The notes beneath the pieces were generated by a model. It worked only from the letters and a program-made list of their open reading frames with translations. It was not told the DNA's origin and did no database searches. From assembly GCA_032718475.1 (NCBI GenBank), contig JAUCBJ010000472.1:35039-99038 (forward strand): a stretch of DNA of 64,000 bases, given 5' to 3'. The position numbers were made by a program, and so were the translations under genes. Source of the DNA: Nemertoderma westbladi (taxonomy: Eukaryota; Animalia; Xenacoelomorpha). Of the stretch, positions 22,670 to 37,600 are shown in pieces (position 1 is the first letter of the stretch; each line of letters opens with the position of its first letter).

Positions 22670-25600
22670 GTAGGTGTACCAACTACACCAACCAGAATGA
22701 ACGAGTAGTGAATGGGTAGGTGTACCAACTACAACAACCGGAATGAACGAGTAGTGAATGGGTAGGTGTACCAACTACAATAACCGGAATGAACGAGTAG
22801 TGAATGGGTAGGTGTACCAACTACAATAACCGGAATAAACGAGTAGTGAATGGGTAGGTGTACCAACTACAATAACAACTGGAATAAACGAGTAGTAAAT
22901 GGGTAGGTGTACCAACTACAATAACAACTGGAATAAACGAGTAGTGAATGGGTAGGTGTACCAACTACAATAACAACTGGAATAAACGAGTAGTAAATGG
23001 GTAGGTGTACCAACTACAATAACAACTGGAATAAACGAGTAGTAAATGGGTAGGTGTACCAACTACAATAACAACTGGAATAAACGAGTAGTAAATGGGT
23101 AGGTGTACCAACTACAATAACAACTGGAATAAACGAGTAGTAAATGGGTAGGTGTACCAACTACAATAACAACTGGAATAAACGAGTAGTAAATGGGTAG
23201 GTGTACCAACTACAATAACAACTGGAATGGACGAGTAGTGAATGGGTAGGTGTACCAACTACAATAACAACTGGAATGAACGAGTAGTGAATGGGTAGGT
23301 GTACCAACTACAATAACAACTGGAATAAACGAGTAGTAAATGGGTAGGTGTACCAACTACAATAACAACTGGAATGGACGAGTAGTGAATGGGTAGGTGT
23401 ACCAACTACAATAACAACTGGAATAAACGAGTAGTAAATGGGTAGGTGTACCAACTACAATAACAACTGGAATGGACGAGTAGTGAATGGGTAGGTGTAC
23501 CAACTACAATAAAAACTGGAATGAACGAGTAGTGAATGGGTAGGTGTACCAACTACAATAACAACTGGAATAAACGAGTAGTGAATGGGTAGATCTACCA
23601 ACTACAATAACAACTGGAATAAACGAATAGTGAATGGGTAGGTGTACCAACTACAATAACAACTGGAATGGACGAGTAGTGAATGGGTAGGTGTACCAAC
23701 TACAATAACAACTGGAATAAACGAGTAGTGAATGGGTAGGTGTACCAACTACAATAACAACTGGAATAAACGAGTAGTGAATGGGTAGGTGTACCAACTA
23801 CAATAACAACTGGAATAAACTAGTAGTGAATGGGTAGGTGTACCAACTACAATAACAACTGGAATAAACGAGTAGTGAATGGGTAGGTGTACCAACTACA
23901 ATAACAACTGGAATAAACGAGTAGTGAATGGGTAGGTGTACCAACTACAATAACAACTGGAATAAACGAGTAGTGAATGGGTAGGTGTACCAACTACAAT
24001 AACAACTGGAATAAACGAGTAGTGAATGGGTAGGTGTACCAACTACAATAACAACTGGAATAAACGAGTAGTGAATGGGTAGGTGTACCAACTACAATAA
24101 CAACTGGAATAAACGAGTAGTGAATGGGTAGGTGTACCAACTACAATAACAACTGGAATAAACGAGTAGTGAATGGGTAGGTGTACCAACTACAATAACA
24201 ACTGGAATAAACGAGTAGTGAATGGGTAGGTGTACCAACTACAATAACAACTGGAATAAACGAGTAGTGAATGGGTAGGTGTACCAACTACAATAACAAC
24301 TGGAATAAACGAGTAGTGAATGGGTAGGTGTACCAACTACAATAACAACTGGAATAAACGAGTAGTGAATGGGTAGGTGTACCAACTACAATAACAACTG
24401 GAATAAACGAGTAGTGAATGGGTAGGTGTACCAACTACAATAACAACTGGAATAAACGAGTAGTGAATGGGTAGGTGTACCAACTACAATAACAACTGGA
24501 ATAAACGAGTAGTGAATGGGTAGGTGTACCAACTACAATAACAACTGGAATAAACGAGTAGTGAATGGGTAGGTGTACCAACTACAATAACAACTGGAAT
24601 AAACGAGTAGTGAATGGGTAGGTGTACCAACTACAATAACAACTGGAATAAACGAGTAGTGAATGGGTAGGTGTACCAACTACAATAACAACTGGAATAA
24701 ACGAGTAGTGAATGGGTAGGTGTACCAACTACAATAACAACTGGAATAAACGAGTAGTGAATGGGTAGGTGTACCAACTACAATAACAACTGGAATAAAC
24801 GAGTAGTGAATGGGTAGGTGTACCAACTACAATAACAACTGGAATAAACGAGTAGTGAATGGGTAGGTGTACCAACTACAATAACAACTGGAATAAACGA
24901 GTAGTGAATGGGTAGGTGTACCAACTACAATAACAACTGGAATAAACGAGTAGTGAATGGGTAGGTGTACCAACTACAATAACAACTGGAATAAACGAGT
25001 AGTGAATGGGTAGGTGTACCAACTACAATAACAACTGGAATAAACGAGTAGTGAATGGGTAGGTGTACCAACTACAATAACAACTGGAATAAACGAGTAG
25101 TGAATGGGTAGGTGTACCAACTACAATAACAACTGGAATAAACGAGTAGTGAATGGGTAGGTGTACCAACTACAATAACAACTGGAATAAACGAGTAGTG
25201 AATGGGTAGGTGTACCAACTACAATAACAACTGGAATAAACGAGTAGTGAATGGGTAGGTGTACCAACTACAATAACAACTGGAATAAACGAGTAGTGAA
25301 TGGGTAGGTGTACCAACTACAATAACAACTGGAATGAACGAGTAGTGAATGGGTAGGTGTACCAACTACAATAACAACTGGAATAAACGAGTAGTAAATG
25401 GGTAGGTGTACCAACTACAATAACAACTGGAATAAACGAGTAGTGAATGGGTAGGTGTACCAACTACAATAACAACTGGAATAAACGAGTAGTGAATGGG
25501 TAGGTGTACCAACTACAATAACAACTGGAATGAACGAGTAGTGAATGGGTAGATGTACCAACTACAATAACAACTGGAATAAACGAGTAGTGAATGGGTA

Positions 25601-28600
25601 GATCTACAGAATTACAATAACAAAGGGAATAAACGAGTAGTGAATGGGTAGGTGTACAGAATTACAATAACAAAGGGAATAAACGAGTAGTGAATGGGTA
25701 GGTGTACCAACTACAATAACAACTGGAATAAACGAGTAGTGAATGGGTAGGTGTACCAACTACAATAACAACTGGAATAAACGAGTAGTGAATGGGTAGG
25801 TGTACCAACTACAATAACAACTGGAATAAACGAGTAGTGAATGGGTAGGTGTACCAACTACAATAACAACTGGAATAAACGAGTAGTGAATGGGTAGATC
25901 TACAGAATTACAATAACAACTGGAATAAACGAGTAGTGAATGGGTAGGTGTACCAACTACAATAACAAAGGGAATAAACGAGTAGTGAATGGGTAGGTGT
26001 ACCAACTACAATAACAACTGGAATAAACGAGTAGTGAATGGGTAGGTGTACCAACTACAATAACAACTGGAATAAACGAGTAGTGAATGGGTAGGTGTAC
26101 CAACTACAATAACAACTGGAATAAACGAGTAGTGAATGGGTAGGTGTACCAACTACAATAACAACTGGAATGAACGAGTAGTGAATGGGTAGGTGTACCA
26201 ACTACAATAACAACTGGAATAAACGAGTAGTAAATGGGTAGGTGTACCAACTACAATAACAACTGGAATAAACGAGTAGTGAATGGGTAGGTGTACCAAC
26301 TACAATAACAACTGGAATAAACGAGTAGTGAATGGGTAGGTGTACCAACTACAATAACAACTGGAATAAACGAGTAGTGAATGGGTAGGTGTACCAACTA
26401 CAATAACAACTGGAATAAACGAGTAGTGAATGGGTAGGTGTACCAACTACAATAACAACTGGAATAAACGAGTAGTGAATGGGTAGGTGTACCAACTACA
26501 ATAACAACTGGAATGAACGAGTAGTGAATGGGTAGATGTACCAACTACAATAACAACTGGAATAAACGAGTAGTGAATGGGTAGATCTACAGAATTACAA
26601 TAACAAAGGGAATAAACGAGTAGTGAATGGGTAGGTGTACAGAATTACAATAACAAAGGGAATAAACGAGTAGTGAATGGGTAGGTGTACCAACTACAAT
26701 AACAAAGGGAATAAACGAGTAGTGAATGGGTAGGTGTACCAACTACAATAACAACTGGAATAAACGAGTAGTAAATGGGTAGGTGTACCAACTACAATAA
26801 CAACTGGAATAAACGAGTAGTGAATGGGTAGGTGTACCAACTACAATAACAACTGGAATAAACGAGTAGTAAATGGGTAGGTGTACCAACTACAATAACA
26901 ACTGGAATAAACGAGTAGTGAATGGGTAGGTGTACCAACTACAATAACAACTGGAATAAACGAGTAGTAAATGGGTAGGTGTACCAACTACAATAACAAC
27001 TGGAATAAACGAGTAGTGAATGGGTAGGTGTACCAACTACAATAACAACTGGAATAAACGAGTAGTGAATGGGTAGGTGTACCAACTACAATAACAACTG
27101 GAATAAACGAGTAGTGAATGGGTAGGTGTACCAACTACAATAACAACTGGAATAAACGAGTAGTGAATGGGTAGGTGTACCAACTACAATAACAACTGGA
27201 ATAAACGAGTAGTAAATGGGTAGATCTACAGAATTACAATAACAAAGGGAATAAACGAGTAGTGAATGGGTAGGTGTACCAACTACAATAACAACTGGAA
27301 TAAACGAGTAGTGAATGGGTAGGTGTACCACCTACAATAACAACTGGAATAAACGAGTAGTAAATGGGTAGGTGTACCAACTACAATAACAACTGGAATA
27401 AACGAGTAGTGAATGGGTAGGTGTACCAACTACAATAACAACTGGAATAAACGAGTAGTGAATGGGTAGGTGTACCAACTACAATAACAACTGGAATAAA
27501 CGAGTAGTAAATGGGTAGGTGTACCAACTACAATAACAACTGGAATAAACGAGTAGTGAATGGGTAGGTGTACCAACTACAATAACAACTGGAATAAACG
27601 AGTAGTAAATGGGTAGGTGTACCAACTACAATAACAACTGGAATAAACGAGTAGTGAATGGGTAGGTGTACCAACTACAATAACAACTGGAATAAACGAG
27701 TAGTAAATGGGTAGATCTACAGAATTACAATAACAAAGGGAATAAACGAGTAGTGAATGGGTAGGTGTACCAACTACAATAACAACTGGAATAAACGAGT
27801 AGTAAATGGGTAGGTGTACCAACTACAATAACAACTGGAATAAACGAGTAGTGAATGGGTAGGTGTACCAACTACAATAACAACTGGAATAAACGAGTAG
27901 TGAATGGGTAGGTGTACCAACTACAATAACAACTGGAATAAACGAGTAGTGAATGGGTAGGTGTACCAACTACAATAACAACTGGAATAAACGAGTAGTG
28001 AATGGGTAGGTGTACCAACTACAATAACAACTGGAATAAACGAGTAGTAAATGGGTAGATCTACAGAATTACAATAACAAAGGGAATAAACGAGTAGTGA
28101 ATGGGTAGGTGTACCAACTACAATAACAACTGGAATAAACGAGTAGTAAATGGGTAGGTGTACCAACTACAATAACAACTGGAATAAACGAGTAGTGAAT
28201 GGGTAGGTGTACCAACTACAATAACAACTGGAATAAACGAGTAGTGAATGGGTAGGTGTACCAACTACAATAACAACTGGAATGAACGAGTAGTGAATGG
28301 GTAGGTGTACCAACTACAATAACAACTGGAATAAACGAGTAATGAATGGGTAGATCTACAGAATTACAATAACAAAGGGAATAAACGAGTAGTGAATGGG
28401 TAGGTGTACCAACTACAATAACAACTGGAATGAACGAGTAGTGAATGGGTAGGTGTACCAACTACAATAACAACTGGAATAAACGAGTAGTAAATGGGTA
28501 GATCTACAGAATTACAATAACAACTGGAATAAACGAGTAGTGAATGGGTAGGTGTACCAACTACAATAACAACTGGAATAAACGAGTAGTGAATGGGTAG

Positions 28601-31600
28601 GTGTACCAACTACAATAACAACTGGAATAAACGAGTAGTGAATGGGTAGGTGTACCAACTACAATAACAACTGGAATAAACGAGTAGTAAATGGGTAGAT
28701 CTACAGAATTACAATAACAAAGGGAATAAACGAGTAGTGAATGGGTAGGTGTACCAACTACAATAACAACTGGAATAAACGAGTAGTGAATGGGTAGGTG
28801 TACAGAATTACAATAACAACTGGAATAAACGAGTAGTAAATGGGTAGATCTACAGAATTATAATAACAACTGGAATAAACGAGTAGTGAATGGGTAGGTG
28901 TACCAACTACAATAACAAAGGGAATAAACGAGTAGTGAATGGGTAGGTGTACCAACTACAATAACAAAGGGAATAAACGAGTAGTGAATGGGTAGGTGTA
29001 CCAACTACAATAACAACTGGAATAAACGAGTAGTGAATGGGTAGGTGTACCAACTACAATAACAACTGGAATAAACGAGTAGTGAATGGGTAGATGTACC
29101 AACTACAATAACAACTGGAATAAACGAGTAGTGAATGGGTAGGTGTACCAACTACAATAACAACTGGAATAAACGAGTAGTGAATGGGTAGGTGTACCAA
29201 CTACAATAACAACTGGAATAAACGAGTAGTGAATGGGTAGGTGTACCAACTACAATAACAACTGGAATAAACGAGTAGTGAATGGGTAGGTGTACCAACT
29301 ACAATAACAACTGGAATAAACGAGTAGTGAATGGGTAGGTGTACCAACTACAATAACAACTGGAATAAACGAGTAGTGAATGGGTAGGTGTACCAACTAC
29401 AATAACAACTGGAATAAACGAGTAGTGAATGGGTAGGTGTACCAACTACAATAACAACTGGAATAAACGAGTAGTAAATGGGTAGGTGTACCAACTACAA
29501 TAACAACTGGAATAAACGAGTAGTGAATGGGTAGGTGTACCAACTACAATAACAACTGGAATAAACGAGTAGTGAATGGGTAGATGTACCAACTACAATA
29601 ACAACTGGAATAAACGAGTAGTAAATGGGTAGGTGTACCAACTACAATAACAACTGGAATAAACGAGTAGTGAATGGGTAGGTGTACCAACTACAATAAC
29701 AACTGGAATAAACGAGTAGTGAATGGGTAGGTGTACCAACTACAATAACAACTGGAATAAACGAGTAGTGAATGGGTAGGTGTACCAACTACAATAACAA
29801 CTGGAATAAACGAGTAGTGAATGGGTAGGTGTACCAACTACAATAACAACTGGAATAAACGAGTAGTGAATGGGTAGGTGTACCAACTACAATAACAACT
29901 GGAATAAACGAGTAGTAAATGGGTAGGTGTACCAACTACAATAACAACTGGAATAAACGAGTAGTGAATGGGTAGGTGTACCAACTACAATAACAACTGG
30001 AATAAACGAGTAGTGAATGGGTAGGTGTACCAACTACAATAACAACTGGAATAAACGAGTAGTGAATGGGTAGATCTACAGAATTACAATAACAAAGGGA
30101 ATAAACGAGTAGTGAATGGGTAGGTGTACCAACTACAATAACAACTGGAATAAACGAGTAGTGAATGGGTAGGTGTACCAACTACAATAACAACTGGAAT
30201 AAACGAGTAGTGAATGGGTAGGTGTACCAACTACAATAACAACTGGAATAAACGAGTAGTGAATGGGTAGGTGTACCAACTACAATAACAACTGGAATAA
30301 ACGAGTAGTGAATGGGTAGGTGTACCAACTACAATAACAACTGGAATAAACGAGTAGTGAATGGGTAGGTGTACCAACTACAATAACAACTGGAATAAAC
30401 GAGTAGTGAATGGGTAGGTGTACCAACTACAATAACAACTGGAATAAACGAGTAGTGAATGGGTAGGTGTACCAACTACAATAACAACTGGAATAAACGA
30501 GTAGTGAATGGGTAGGTGTACCAACTACAATAACAACTGGAATAAACGAGTAGTGAATGGGTAGGTGTACCAACTACAATAACAACTGGAATAAACGAGT
30601 AGTGAATGGGTAGGTGTACCAACTACAATAACAACTGGAGTAAACGAGTAGTGAATGGGTAGGTGTACCAACTACAATAACAACTGGAATAAACGAGTAG
30701 TGAATGGGTAGGTGTACCAACTACAATAACAACTGGAATAAACGAGTAGTGAATGGGTAGGTGTACCAACTACAATAACAACTGGAATAAACGAGTAGTG
30801 AATGGGTAGGTGTACCAACTACAATAACAACTGGAATAAACGAGTAGTGAATGGGTAGGTGTACCAACTACAATAACAACTGGAATAAACGAGTAGTGAA
30901 TGGGTAGGTGTACCAAATACAATAACAACTGGAATGAACGAGTAGTGAATGGGTAGATGTTCAGAATTACAATAACAACTGGAATGAACGAGTAGTGAAT
31001 GGGTAGGTGTACCAACTACAATAACAACTGGAATAAACGAGTAGTAAATGGGTAGGTGTACCAACTACAATAACAACTGGAATAAACGAGTAGTGAATGG
31101 GTAGGTGTACCAACTACAATAACAACTGGAATAAACGAGTAGTGAATGGGTAGGTGTACCAACTACAATAACAACTGGAATAAACGAGTAGTGAATGGGT
31201 AGGTGTACCAACTACAATAACAACTGGAATAAACGAGTAGTGAATGGGTAGGTGTACCAACTACAATAACAACTGGAATAAACGAGTAGTGAATGGGTAG
31301 GTGTACCAACTACAATAACAACTGGAATAAACGAGTAGTGAATGGGTAGGTGTACCAACTACAATAACAACTGGAATAAACGAGTAGTGAATGGGTAGGT
31401 GTACCAAATACAATAACAACTGGAATAAACGAGTAGTGAATGGGTAGGTGTACCAACTACAATAACAACTGGAATAAACGAGTAGTGAATGGGTAGGTGT
31501 ACCAACTACAATAACAACTGGAATAAACGAGTAGTGAATGGGTAGGTGTACCAACTACAATAACAACTGGAATAAACGAGTAGTGAATGGGTAGGTGTAC

Positions 31601-34600
31601 CAACTACAATAACAACTGGAATAAACGAGTAGTGAATGGGTAGGTGTACCAACTACAATAACAACTGGAATAAACGAGTAGTGAATGGGTAGGTGTACCA
31701 ACTACAATAACAACTGGAATAAACGAGTAGTGAATGGGTAGGTGTACCAACTACAATAACAACTGGAATAAACGAGTAGTGAATGGGTAGGTGTACCAAC
31801 TACAATAACAACTGGAATAAACGAGTAGTGAATGGGTAGGTGTACCAACTACAATAACAACTGGAATAAACGAGTAGTGAATGGGTAGATGTTCAGAATT
31901 ACAATAACAACTGGAATGAACGAGTAGTGAATGGGTAGATGTTCAGAATTACAATAACAACTGGAATGAACGAGTAGTGAATGGGTGGGTGTACCAACTA
32001 CAATAACAACTGGAATAAACGAGTAGTAAATGGGTAGGTGTACCAACTACAATAACAACTGGAATAAACGAGTAGTGAATGGGTAGGTGTACCAACTACA
32101 ATAACAACTGGAATAAACGAGTAGTGAATGGGTAGGTGTACCAACTACAATAACAACTGGAATAAACGAGTAGTGAATGGGTAGGTGTACCAACTACAAT
32201 AACAACTGGAATAAACGAGTAGTGAATGGGTAGGTGTACCAAATACAATAACAACTGGAATGAACGAGTAGTGAATGGGTAGATGTTCAGAATTACAATA
32301 ACAACTGGAATGAACGAGTAGTGAATGGGTAGGTGTACCAACTACAATAACAACTGGAATGAACGAGTAGTGAATGGGTAGGTGTACCAACTACAATAAC
32401 AACTGGAATAAACGAGTAGTGAATGGGTAGGTGTACCAACTACAATAACAACTGGAATAAACGAGTAGTGAATGGGTAGGTGTACCAACTACAATAACAA
32501 CTGGAATGAACGAGTAGTGAATGGGTAGGTGTACCAACTACAATAACAACCGGAATAAACGAGTAGTGAATGGGTAGGTGTACCAACTACAATAACAACT
32601 GGAATAAACGAGTAGTGAATGGGTAGGTGTACCAACTACAATAACAACTGGAATAAACGAGTAGTGAATGGGTAGGTGTACCAACTACAATAACAACTGG
32701 AATAAACGAGTAGTGAATGGGTAGGTGTACCAACTACAATAACAACTGGAATAAACGAGTAGTGAATGGGTAGGTGTACCAACTACAATAACAACTGGAA
32801 TAAACGAGTAGTGAATGGGTAGGTGTACCAACTACAATAACAACTGGAATAAACGAGTAGTGAATGGGTAGGTGTACCAACTACAATAACAACTGGAATA
32901 AACGAGTAGTGAATGGGTAGGTGTACCAACTACAATAACAACTGGAATAAACGAGTAGTGAATGGGTAGGTGTACCAACTACAATAACAACTGGAATGAA
33001 CGAGTAGTGAATGGGTAGGTGTACCAACTACAATAACAACTGGAATAAACGAGTAGTGAATGGGTAGGTGTACCAACTACAATAACAACTGGAATAAACG
33101 AGTAGTGAATGGGTAGGTGTACCAACTACAATAACAACTGGAATAAACGAGTAGTGAATGGGTAGGTGTACCAACTACAATAACAACTGGAATAAACGAG
33201 TAGTGAATGGGTAGATGTTCAGAATTACAATAACAACTGGAATAAACGAGTAGTGAATGGGTAGGTGTACCAACTACAATAACAACTGGAATAAACGAGT
33301 AGTGAATGGGTAGGTGTACCAACTACAATAACAACTGGAATAAACGAGTAGTGAATGGGTAGGTGTACCAACTACAATAACAACTGGAATAAACGAGTAG
33401 TGAATGGGTAGGTGTACCAACTACAATAACAACTGGAATAAACGAGTAGTGAATGGGTAGGTGTACCAACTACAATAACAACTGGAATAAACGAGTAGTG
33501 AATGGGTAGGTGTACCAACTACAATAACAACTGGAATAAACGAGTAGTGAATGGGTAGGTGTACCAACTACAATAACAACTGGAATAAACGAGTAGTGAA
33601 TGGGTAGGTGTACCAACTACAATAACAACTGGAATAAACGAGTAGTGAATGGGTAGGTGTACCAACTACAATAACAACTGGAATGAACGAGTAGTGAATG
33701 GGTAGATGTTCAGAATTACAATAACAACTGGAATGGACGAGTAGTGAATGGGTAGATGTTCAGAATTACAATAACAACTGGAATAAACGAGTAGTGAATG
33801 GGTAGGTGTACCAACTACAATAACAACTGGAATAAACGAGTAGTGAATGGGTAGGTGTACCAACTACAATAACAACTGGAATAAACGAGTAGTGAATGGG
33901 TAGGTGTACCAACTACAATAACAACTGGAATAAACGAGTAGTGAATGGGTAGGTGTACCAACTACAATAACAACTGGAATAAACGAGTAGTGAATGGGTA
34001 GGTGTACCAACTACAATAACAACTGGAATAAACGAGTAGTGAATGGGTAGATGTTCAGAATTACAATAACAACTGGAATGAACGAGTAGTGAATGGGTAG
34101 ATGTTCAGAATTACAATAACAACTGGAATAAACGAGTAGTGAATGGGTAGGTGTACCAACTACAATAACAACTGGAATAAACGAGTAGTGAATGGGTAGA
34201 TGTTCAGAATTACAATAACAACTGGAATGAACGAGTAGTGAATGGGTAGATGTTCAGAATTACAATAACAACTGGAATAAACGAGTAGTGAATGGGTAGG
34301 TGTACCAACTACAATAACAACTGGAATAAACGAGTAGTGAATGGGTAGATGTTCAGAATTACAATAACAACTGGAATGAACGAGTAGTGAATGGGTAGAT
34401 GTTCAGAATTACAATAACAACTGGAATAAACGAGTAGTGAATGGGTAGGTGTACCAACTACAATAACAACTGGAATAAACGAGTAGTGAATGGGTAGGTG
34501 TACCAACTACAATAACAACTGGAATAAACGAGTAGTGAATGGGTAGATGTTCAGAATTACAATAACAACTGGAATGAACGAGTAGTGAATGGGTAGGTGT

Positions 34601-37600
34601 ACCAACTACAATAACAACTGGAATGAACGAGTAGTGAATGGGTAGGTGTACCAACTACAATAACAACTGGAATGAACGAGTAGTGAATGGGTAGGTGTAC
34701 CAACTACAATAACAACTGGAATAAACGAGTAGTGAATGGGTAGGTGTACCAACTACAATAACAACTGGAATAAACGAGTAGTGAATGGGTAGGTGTACCA
34801 ACTACAATAACAACTGGAATAAACGAGTAGTGAATGGGTAGATGTTCAGAATTACAATAACAACTGGAATAAACGAGTAGTGAATGGGTAGGTGTACCAA
34901 CTACAATAACAACTGGAATAAACGAGTAGTGAATGGGTAGGTGTACCAACTACAATAACAACTGGAATAAACGAGTAGTGAATGGGTAGATGTTCAGAAT
35001 TACAATAACAACTGGAATGAACGAGTAGTGAATGGGTAGATGTTCAGAATTACAATAACAACTGGAATGAACGAGTAGTGAATGGGTAGGTGTACCAACT
35101 ACAATAACAACTGGAATGAACGAGTAGTGAATGGGTAGGTGTACCAACTACAATAACAACTGGAATGAACGAGTAGTGAATGGGTAGGTGTACCAACTAC
35201 AATAACAACTGGAATAAACGAGTAGTGAATGGGTAGGTGTACCAACTACAATAACAACTGGAATAAACGAGTAGTGAATGGGTAGGTGTACCAACTACAA
35301 TAACAACTGGAATAAACGAGTAGTGAATGGGTAGATGTTCAGAATTACAATAACAACTGGAATAAACGAGTAGTGAATGGGTAGGTGTACCAACTACAAT
35401 AACAACTGGAATAAACGAGTAGTGAATGGGTAGGTGTACCAACTACAATAACAACTGGAATAAACGAGTAGTGAATGGGTAGATGTTCAGAATTACAATA
35501 ACAACTGGAATGAACGAGTAGTGAATGGGTAGGTGTACCAACTACAATAACAACTGGAATAAACGAGTAGTGAATGGGTAGATGTTCAGAATTACAATAA
35601 CAACTGGAATAAACGAGTAGTGAATGGGTAGGTGTACCAACTACAATAACAACTGGAATAAACGAGTAGTGAATGGGTAGGTGTACCAACTACAATAACA
35701 ACTGGAATAAACGAGTAGTGAATGGGTAGGTGTACCAACTACAATAACAACTGGAATAAACGAGTAGTGAATGGGTAGATGTTCAGAATTACAATAACAA
35801 CTGGAATAAACGAGTAGTGAATGGGTAGGTGTACCAACTACAATAACAACTGGAATAAACGAGTAGTGAATGGGTAGGTGTACCAACTACAATAACAACT
35901 GGAATAAACGAGTAGTGAATGGGTAGATGTTCAGAATTACAATAACAACTGGAATAAACGAGTAGTGAATGGGTAGGTGTACCAACTACAATAACAACTG
36001 GAATAAACGAGTAGTGAATGGGTAGGTGTACCAACTACAATAACAACTGGAATAAACGAGTAGTGAATGGGTAGATGTTCAGAATTACAATAACAACTGG
36101 AATAAACGAGTAGTGAATGGGTAGGTGTACCAACTACAATAACAACTGGAATAAACGAGTAGTAAATGGGTAGGTGTACCAACTACAATAACAACTGGAA
36201 TAAACGAGTAGTGAATGGGTAGGTGTACCAACTACAATAACAACTGGAATAAACGAGTAGTGAATGGGTAGGTGTACCAACTACAATAACAACTGGAATA
36301 AACGAGTAGTGAATGGGTAGGTGTACCAACTACAATAACAACTGGAATGAACGAGTAGTGAATGGGTAGGTGTACCAACTACAATAACAACTGGAATAAA
36401 CGAGTAGTAAATGGGTAGGTGTACCAACTACAATAACAACTGGAATAAACGAGTAGTGAATGGGTAGGTGTACCAACTACAATAACAACTGGAATAAACG
36501 AGTAGTGAATGGGTAGGTGTACCAACTACAATAACAACTGGAATAAACGAGTAGTGAATGGGTAGGTGTACCAACTACAATAACAACTGGAATGAACGAG
36601 TAGTGAATGGGTAGGTGTTCCAACTACAATAACAACTGGAATAAACGAGTAGTGAATGGGTAGATGTTCAGAATTACAATAACAACTGGAATGAACGAGT
36701 AGTGAATGGGTAGGTGTACCAACTACAATAACAACTGGAATGAACGAGTAGTAAATGGGTAGATCTACAGAATTACAATAACAACTGGAATAAACGAGTA
36801 GTGAATGGGTAGGTGTACCAACTACAATAACAACTGGAATAAACGAGTAGTGAATGGGTAGGTGTACCAACTACAATAACAACTGGAATGAACGAGTAGT
36901 GAATGGGTAGGTGTACCAACTACAATAACAGCTGGAATGAACGAGTAGTGAATGGGTAGGTGTACCAACTACAATAACAACTGGAATAAACGAGTAGTGA
37001 ATGGGTAGGTGTACCAACTACAATAACAACTGGAATGAACGAGTAGTGAATGGGTAGGTGTTCCAACTACAATAACAACTGGAATAAACGAGTAGTGAAT
37101 GGGTAGATGTTCAGAATTACAATAACAACTGGAATAAACGAGTAGTGAATGGGTAGGTGTACCAACTACAATAACAACTGGAATAAACGAGTAGTAAATG
37201 GGTAGGTGTACCAACTACAATAACAACTGGAATAAACGAGTAGTGAATGGGTAGGTGTACCAACTACAATAACAACTGGAATAAACGAGTAGTGAATGGG
37301 TAGGTGTACCAACTACAATAACAACTGGAATGAACGAGTAGTGAATGGGTAGGTGTTCCAACTACAATAACAACTGGAATAAACGAGTAGTGAATGGGTA
37401 GATGTTCAGAATTACAATAACAACTGGAATGAACGAGTAGTGAATGGGTAGGTGTACCAACTACAATAACAACTGGAATGAACGAGTAGTGAATGGGTAG
37501 GTGTACCAACTACAATAACAACTGGAATAAACGAGTAGTGAATGGGTAGGTGTACCAACTACAATAACAACTGGAATAAACGAGTAGTGAATGGGTAGGT

